Positions 60,367-64,000 of a stretch of DNA of 64,000 nt are shown piece after piece. The stretch comes from an uncultured virus (IMG/VR IMGVR_UViG_3300025138_000031) (Duplodnaviria > Heunggongvirae > Uroviricota > Caudoviricetes). The stretch lies in IMG/VR virus record IMGVR_UViG_3300025138_000031, one strand, 5' to 3'. A program made the position numbers and the translations under genes. The notes beneath the pieces are model-generated. The model was given only the letters and a program-made list of their open reading frames with translations, had not been told where the DNA came from and searched no databases. The stretch's first letter is position 1; the number at the start of each line of letters is the position of its first letter.

Positions 60367-61638
60367 ATGAAAAAATGTATACATCTGCTGGTCATCTTTA
60401 TTCTATTTTATACACCCCTTCAAGCACAAATAGATACTCTTCCAGAAGATCAAATAATTAAACTTAAAAAAGGTTGGGAAAAAAAACAATTCTTTAAGGG
60501 TCTTTATGAAGACTTTTTAAAGTATGGTACTATATATGGTGCTGGTGATATAAACAACTCTATAGAAGCTGATGAGTCAACTTATTTTGTTAGAACAGGA
60601 GATGGGAATGGTTTATATGATATTCCTGTTGTTGTAGATAATACACCTGAATATCCATTTGATTATAGAATAGGTTTTGGTATTAGAAAACTAGCAAGGT
60701 TTAGTTATGAAAGAAAACCTAGAAACTTTTATGATGGTACTGAAGAGCAGTTAGCATTTAGTGCACCAACATCTGCATTAGCAGGTTTAGAATATCAATT
60801 ACATTGGGAAAAGGAACGTTGGAGAGGGGAAGACTTCAGGAATCATAGGTTCTTTATAAAGCACACAGGCAAACATCACATATTTAAAGTTGAGTCAAGA
60901 GAAGTAGGAAAGATAAACCTAGCTTATGAGTCAGCAGAAGCAAGATTAAGGTTACCTATAGGAGAAAAGTTTAGCATTTCTGCGGGTGCAATCTACCGTA
61001 CTCACTCCCGTGCATATGGTTATAATCCAATTGAGATCTGGTTAAATGAAACAGTGATGTATACTGACCCAAATACAGGTGAACAGTTTGAATATCCAGC
61101 AAACCCTTGGTATACATTAGGATTTGAGTATGGTTATACTGATCATTTTACTACATACACAGATGCTAATACAGGTGAGGAAATGCAAGATTGGATTTGG
61201 AAAGATGAAGATGGAAATATTGTAGCTTATTCTGATATTGACTTTAGAGAAACTATATTTACCCAGCTAATGAACCGCTTTAATAGTGAGGCATTGTCAG
61301 AGATAGATGCATTTGGTGAGATAGCACCAATAGTAGGAATGGATTTTTATCATTATAAAAGAAATTTCTGGTTACATGCATATGCAAATTATATACTACC
61401 ATATCACAGATACTTAAAAGGAGATGAAGTTGTTTCTTATTTAAATAGAAATAACTGGGGTAAAGGAGGTTTGAGAGAAGATTCCAAGCTAGAGCAATGG
61501 GCAGACTATTCTTTTGGTGCTAATTTAGGTTGGAAGATTAATAAAAATTTAGGAGTGTTTGTTGAAGGAGAGTACTCTAAGATGTGGGACAGCCAACTGT
61601 TCCAATCAACAGTAGGATTAAATTATACATTTAAGTAA
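60367..61638 (+). CDS. Secreted outer-membrane beta-barrel-like protein
   Basis: Signal peptide MKK..LQA|Q, alternating aromatic beta-strands, C-terminal QSTVGLNYTFK beta-signal. Confidence 0.7.
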   Translation: MKKCIHLLVIFILFYTPLQAQIDTLPEDQIIKLKKGWEKKQFFKGLYEDFLKYGTIYGAGDINNSIEADESTYFVRTGDGNGLYDIPVVVDNTPEYPFDYRIGFGIRKLARFSYERKPRNFYDGTEEQLAFSAPTSALAGLEYQLHWEKERWRGEDFRNHRFFIKHTGKHHIFKVESREVGKINLAYESAEARLRLPIGEKFSISAGAIYRTHSRAYGYNPIEIWLNETVMYTDPNTGEQFEYPANPWYTLGFEYGYTDHFTTYTDANTGEEMQDWIWKDEDGNIVAYSDIDFRETIFTQLMNRFNSEALSEIDAFGEIAPIVGMDFYHYKRNFWLHAYANYILPYHRYLKGDEVVSYLNRNNWGKGGLREDSKLEQWADYSFGANLGWKINKNLGVFVEGEYSKMWDSQLFQSTVGLNYTFK

Positions 61639-61651
61639 AAAAAATAAAACA

Positions 61652-61939
61652 ATGGCAGAAGTACCTCAGATTGGAGAACAAACAAAAGTAACTTTAGATC
61701 TTAAAACAATTGGAATGATAGTGGGATTTGTAATTTCATTATCAACCATGTGGTTTACATTAAAGGCAGATATAGCTCAGGCTATGGAAAACCCCAAACC
61801 ACCAATAGAAAGGGTAGAATATGATTTAAAAGATGAACTTGTAAGACAGACCATAATGGAAACCCAGGAAGACGTGGAGATGTTGCTTCAGAAGTTTGAA
61901 AAAATGGAAGAAAGAATCTATGAGTTAACCAAAAAATAA
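61652..61939 (+). CDS. Single-pass membrane protein with coiled coil
   Basis: TM segment IGMIVGFVISLSTMWFTL followed by an acidic helix. Confidence 0.6.
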   Translation: MAEVPQIGEQTKVTLDLKTIGMIVGFVISLSTMWFTLKADIAQAMENPKPPIERVEYDLKDELVRQTIMETQEDVEMLLQKFEKMEERIYELTKK

Positions 61940-61943
61940 TATT

Positions 61944-62357
61944 ATGAAAAAGGTTTTGTTGTTTATTCTAGCATTGTTTATTACCTCAACTATACAAGGT
62001 CAACAGTGGGTTAGTGATGATAGCTTTACTGATGAAATAAACGGACATTCAGGTGATCAAGATGAAGATATAGTTATTATAGAGTTTTGGGCAGAATTTA
62101 ATAAAGACAATGCTTTTGTAGAGTGGAAGAAGGTAGATGACCTTGACGGTGTAAAATATTTAAGAGCTAACATAGCCCTTTGCCCATCATTAAAAAAAGA
62201 ATTTAGAATTAGAATGGTGCCCACTATATTAATTTTTTCAGGAGGAGACGCATTTATAAAGTTCAAAGCTAAAGCCGGTCTAGACCTCCTATGCCCTGTA
62301 GACTATCCTAGGATGGTCAGAGCAATAGAGGTTGTTAGACGAGAAGCTTCTTACTAG
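61944..62357 (+). CDS. Exported thioredoxin-fold protein lacking CxxC
   Basis: Signal peptide; VIIEFWAEFN at the WCxxC position; IRMVPTILIF cis-Pro motif. Confidence 0.75.
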   Translation: MKKVLLFILALFITSTIQGQQWVSDDSFTDEINGHSGDQDEDIVIIEFWAEFNKDNAFVEWKKVDDLDGVKYLRANIALCPSLKKEFRIRMVPTILIFSGGDAFIKFKAKAGLDLLCPVDYPRMVRAIEVVRREASY

Positions 62358-63979
62358 CCTTCACAGCTAGAGCATTCCAAAATATTTCTTGCAAAATCTT
62401 GAGCACTACTTTTACTAAATTGATAGTATAAAGTTTTTACTCCTTCCTCCCAAGCATATAAATACAATTGATTAATCTGTTTAGCAGATACTGATGGGTC
62501 AATCATTAGGTTTAGTGACTGTGACTGATCAATATACTTTTGTCTTTGTGCTGCCTGCAAAACAAGTTCTTTAGGTGTAATCTCAACAAAAGATTTAAAT
62601 ACAGCTTTGGTAGGAAAGTTTAAGTGTTGGACACTACCATCTTTTTTTAAGATAGACTTCCAGGTCTTATCTGTATTAAGATCATACTTATCAAGCTCTG
62701 CCTCTAGAAAAGGGTTTTTATACACTGTTTTAGATTTAGCAAGATCCTTAATAAAATAATTAGACTTGATAGGCTCTATACCCATAGACACAGCACCATG
62801 TATAAAAGAACTAGACTTTGTAGGAGCTATAGCCATAAGAGTAGTATTAGCATAACCTTCTCTCAAAGATCTGTATCCCCATGCACCATGCAACTTTCTT
62901 GATGCAATTTCACTTCTATCTTTTAGAGTCCTAAATATTTCTGAGTTAAGTTGTTTAGCTTCAAGTGACTCAAACTCTATTAACTTAGATTGAAATAAAG
63001 AATGGTATCCTAACACACCTAAGCCAATTGCTCTATGTTTCTCAGCAAAATTAAAGGCTCTCTTCATCCCAGGCATTGTCTCTGCTTTAATAATAAACTC
63101 ATCCATTACTGCATTTAAAAAGTATACATATGTTTGTATAGCATCTGTTTCTTTTATTTCATCCCAATGTAAAAGGTTAATAGATCCTAAACAACAAACA
63201 AAAGAGTTATAACTATCTGTTGGTAATTGTATTTCAGAACATAGGTTAGATGCTGTAATATCTAAACCTAGATCTTTATATGGAGAATTGTTATTAGAAT
63301 TATCTTTAAACATTATATAAGGATAACCAAACTCAGATCTACGTTGTATGATTTTAGCCCACACTTTACGTTTTTTTCTGTCTCCTTCTTTCATTTCTTC
63401 CATCCACTTATCTGTGACAGTAATACCATACTGTAGGTTCTGTATAGGATTGCCTTCAGTACCTATGTCTAGAAACTCTTCTATGTCAGCATGCTCTACA
63501 GGTAAGTACACTGCACATGCACCACGTCTTGCCTCAGACTGTTTACAAACATCTACAACTGTATCATACATTCTAGCATAATGTATAGGGCCATCAGCAT
63601 GACCACCTGTAGATATTTCACTTCCTCTAGGTCTAATGTTTCCAAGGTATGCACTTGTTCCTCCACCATACTTAGACATCATTCCAATTTCACGGCCTGC
63701 ATTAAGTATACTATCTAAGTTATCATCTATGTTAGAACCATAACAACTAATAGGTAGTCCTTTCTGCTTGCCAAAGTTAATCCATACAGGAGTAGACAGA
63801 GAGAAAAAACCTCTTGCCATATAATCCTCAAACTTTTCAGCAAAGCCTTTGATGTTTAAATATTTTTCTGCCTTGATGGCAATGTCTTTAATTCTTTGTT
63901 CAGGTGTTTCTGTTATATATCCTCTTGATAAGAAGGTTCTGCTATCATCATTTAGCCAGTAATACTTTTTATATTCCAT
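62354..63979 (-). CDS. nrdA: Class I ribonucleotide reductase alpha subunit, short, no ATP-cone
   Basis: PISCY, SNLCSEI (NxCxE), CCLGSINL, APTKSSS, KTLYY, C-terminal CSSC. Confidence 0.95.
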   Translation of the reverse strand: MEYKKYYWLNDDSRTFLSRGYITETPEQRIKDIAIKAEKYLNIKGFAEKFEDYMARGFFSLSTPVWINFGKQKGLPISCYGSNIDDNLDSILNAGREIGMMSKYGGGTSAYLGNIRPRGSEISTGGHADGPIHYARMYDTVVDVCKQSEARRGACAVYLPVEHADIEEFLDIGTEGNPIQNLQYGITVTDKWMEEMKEGDRKKRKVWAKIIQRRSEFGYPYIMFKDNSNNNSPYKDLGLDITASNLCSEIQLPTDSYNSFVCCLGSINLLHWDEIKETDAIQTYVYFLNAVMDEFIIKAETMPGMKRAFNFAEKHRAIGLGVLGYHSLFQSKLIEFESLEAKQLNSEIFRTLKDRSEIASRKLHGAWGYRSLREGYANTTLMAIAPTKSSSFIHGAVSMGIEPIKSNYFIKDLAKSKTVYKNPFLEAELDKYDLNTDKTWKSILKKDGSVQHLNFPTKAVFKSFVEITPKELVLQAAQRQKYIDQSQSLNLMIDPSVSAKQINQLYLYAWEEGVKTLYYQFSKSSAQDFARNILECSSCEG

Positions 63980-64000
63980 ATTGGTTTTTTTAAAAGAGAT

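Noticed and set aside
61944..62357. Redox thioredoxin serving the adjacent nrdA
   Set aside because: No CxxC, carries a signal peptide, and lies on the opposite strand
454..63581. Short antisense or alternate-frame ORFs in the track (e.g. 44741-45367, 49268-49735, 63348-63581)
   Set aside because: They lie within long genes, have shadow-frame composition and show no motifs
1..64000. Stop-codon reassignment as in some crAss-like phages
   Set aside because: The standard code gives uninterrupted giant ORFs, and TAG ends genes cleanly at 182, 496, 12725, 62357 and nrdA
1..64000. CRISPR arrays, tRNAs, rRNA, integrase or transposase
   Set aside because: Intergenic gaps are short, and I saw no repeat-spacer periodicity, cloverleaf or such ORFs by eye; tRNAscan was not run

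Overview
The window is a 64-kb, AT-rich, gene-dense segment of a crAss-like (Crassvirales-related) podovirus, probably infecting a Bacteroidota (likely Flavobacteriia) host. The host call rests on TTG-N19-TAnnTTTG promoters, A-rich leaders without Shine-Dalgarno motifs and signal peptides cleaved before Gln. The + strand carries, in order: the end of the major capsid gene, capsid/neck genes, Cys-rich structural genes, two long fibre genes, FN3/VWA proteins, a metallophosphoesterase, an IHF/HU-like gene, ring proteins, a muzzle/tail-stabilisation protein and six giant cargo (ejection) proteins. The cargo set includes a 4578-aa virion RNA polymerase (DFDIDK) fused to a zincin protease. A three-gene exported module follows (beta-barrel OMP, membrane-anchored protein, CxxC-less thioredoxin fold), converging on a - strand class I nrdA. 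Most notable observations: (1) only two Cys in about 9,450 consecutive cargo residues, sitting tail-to-head at the RNAP / nuclease-protein junction; (2) a modular cargo protein with ART-like, lysozyme-like and amidase domains punctuated by xxGG motifs; (3) near-total absence of CGA/TCG; (4) a hairpin whose loop is antisense to an AAAACCAA leader motif; (5) the exported OMP operon. All family assignments come from motifs and synteny read by eye; no database search was run.
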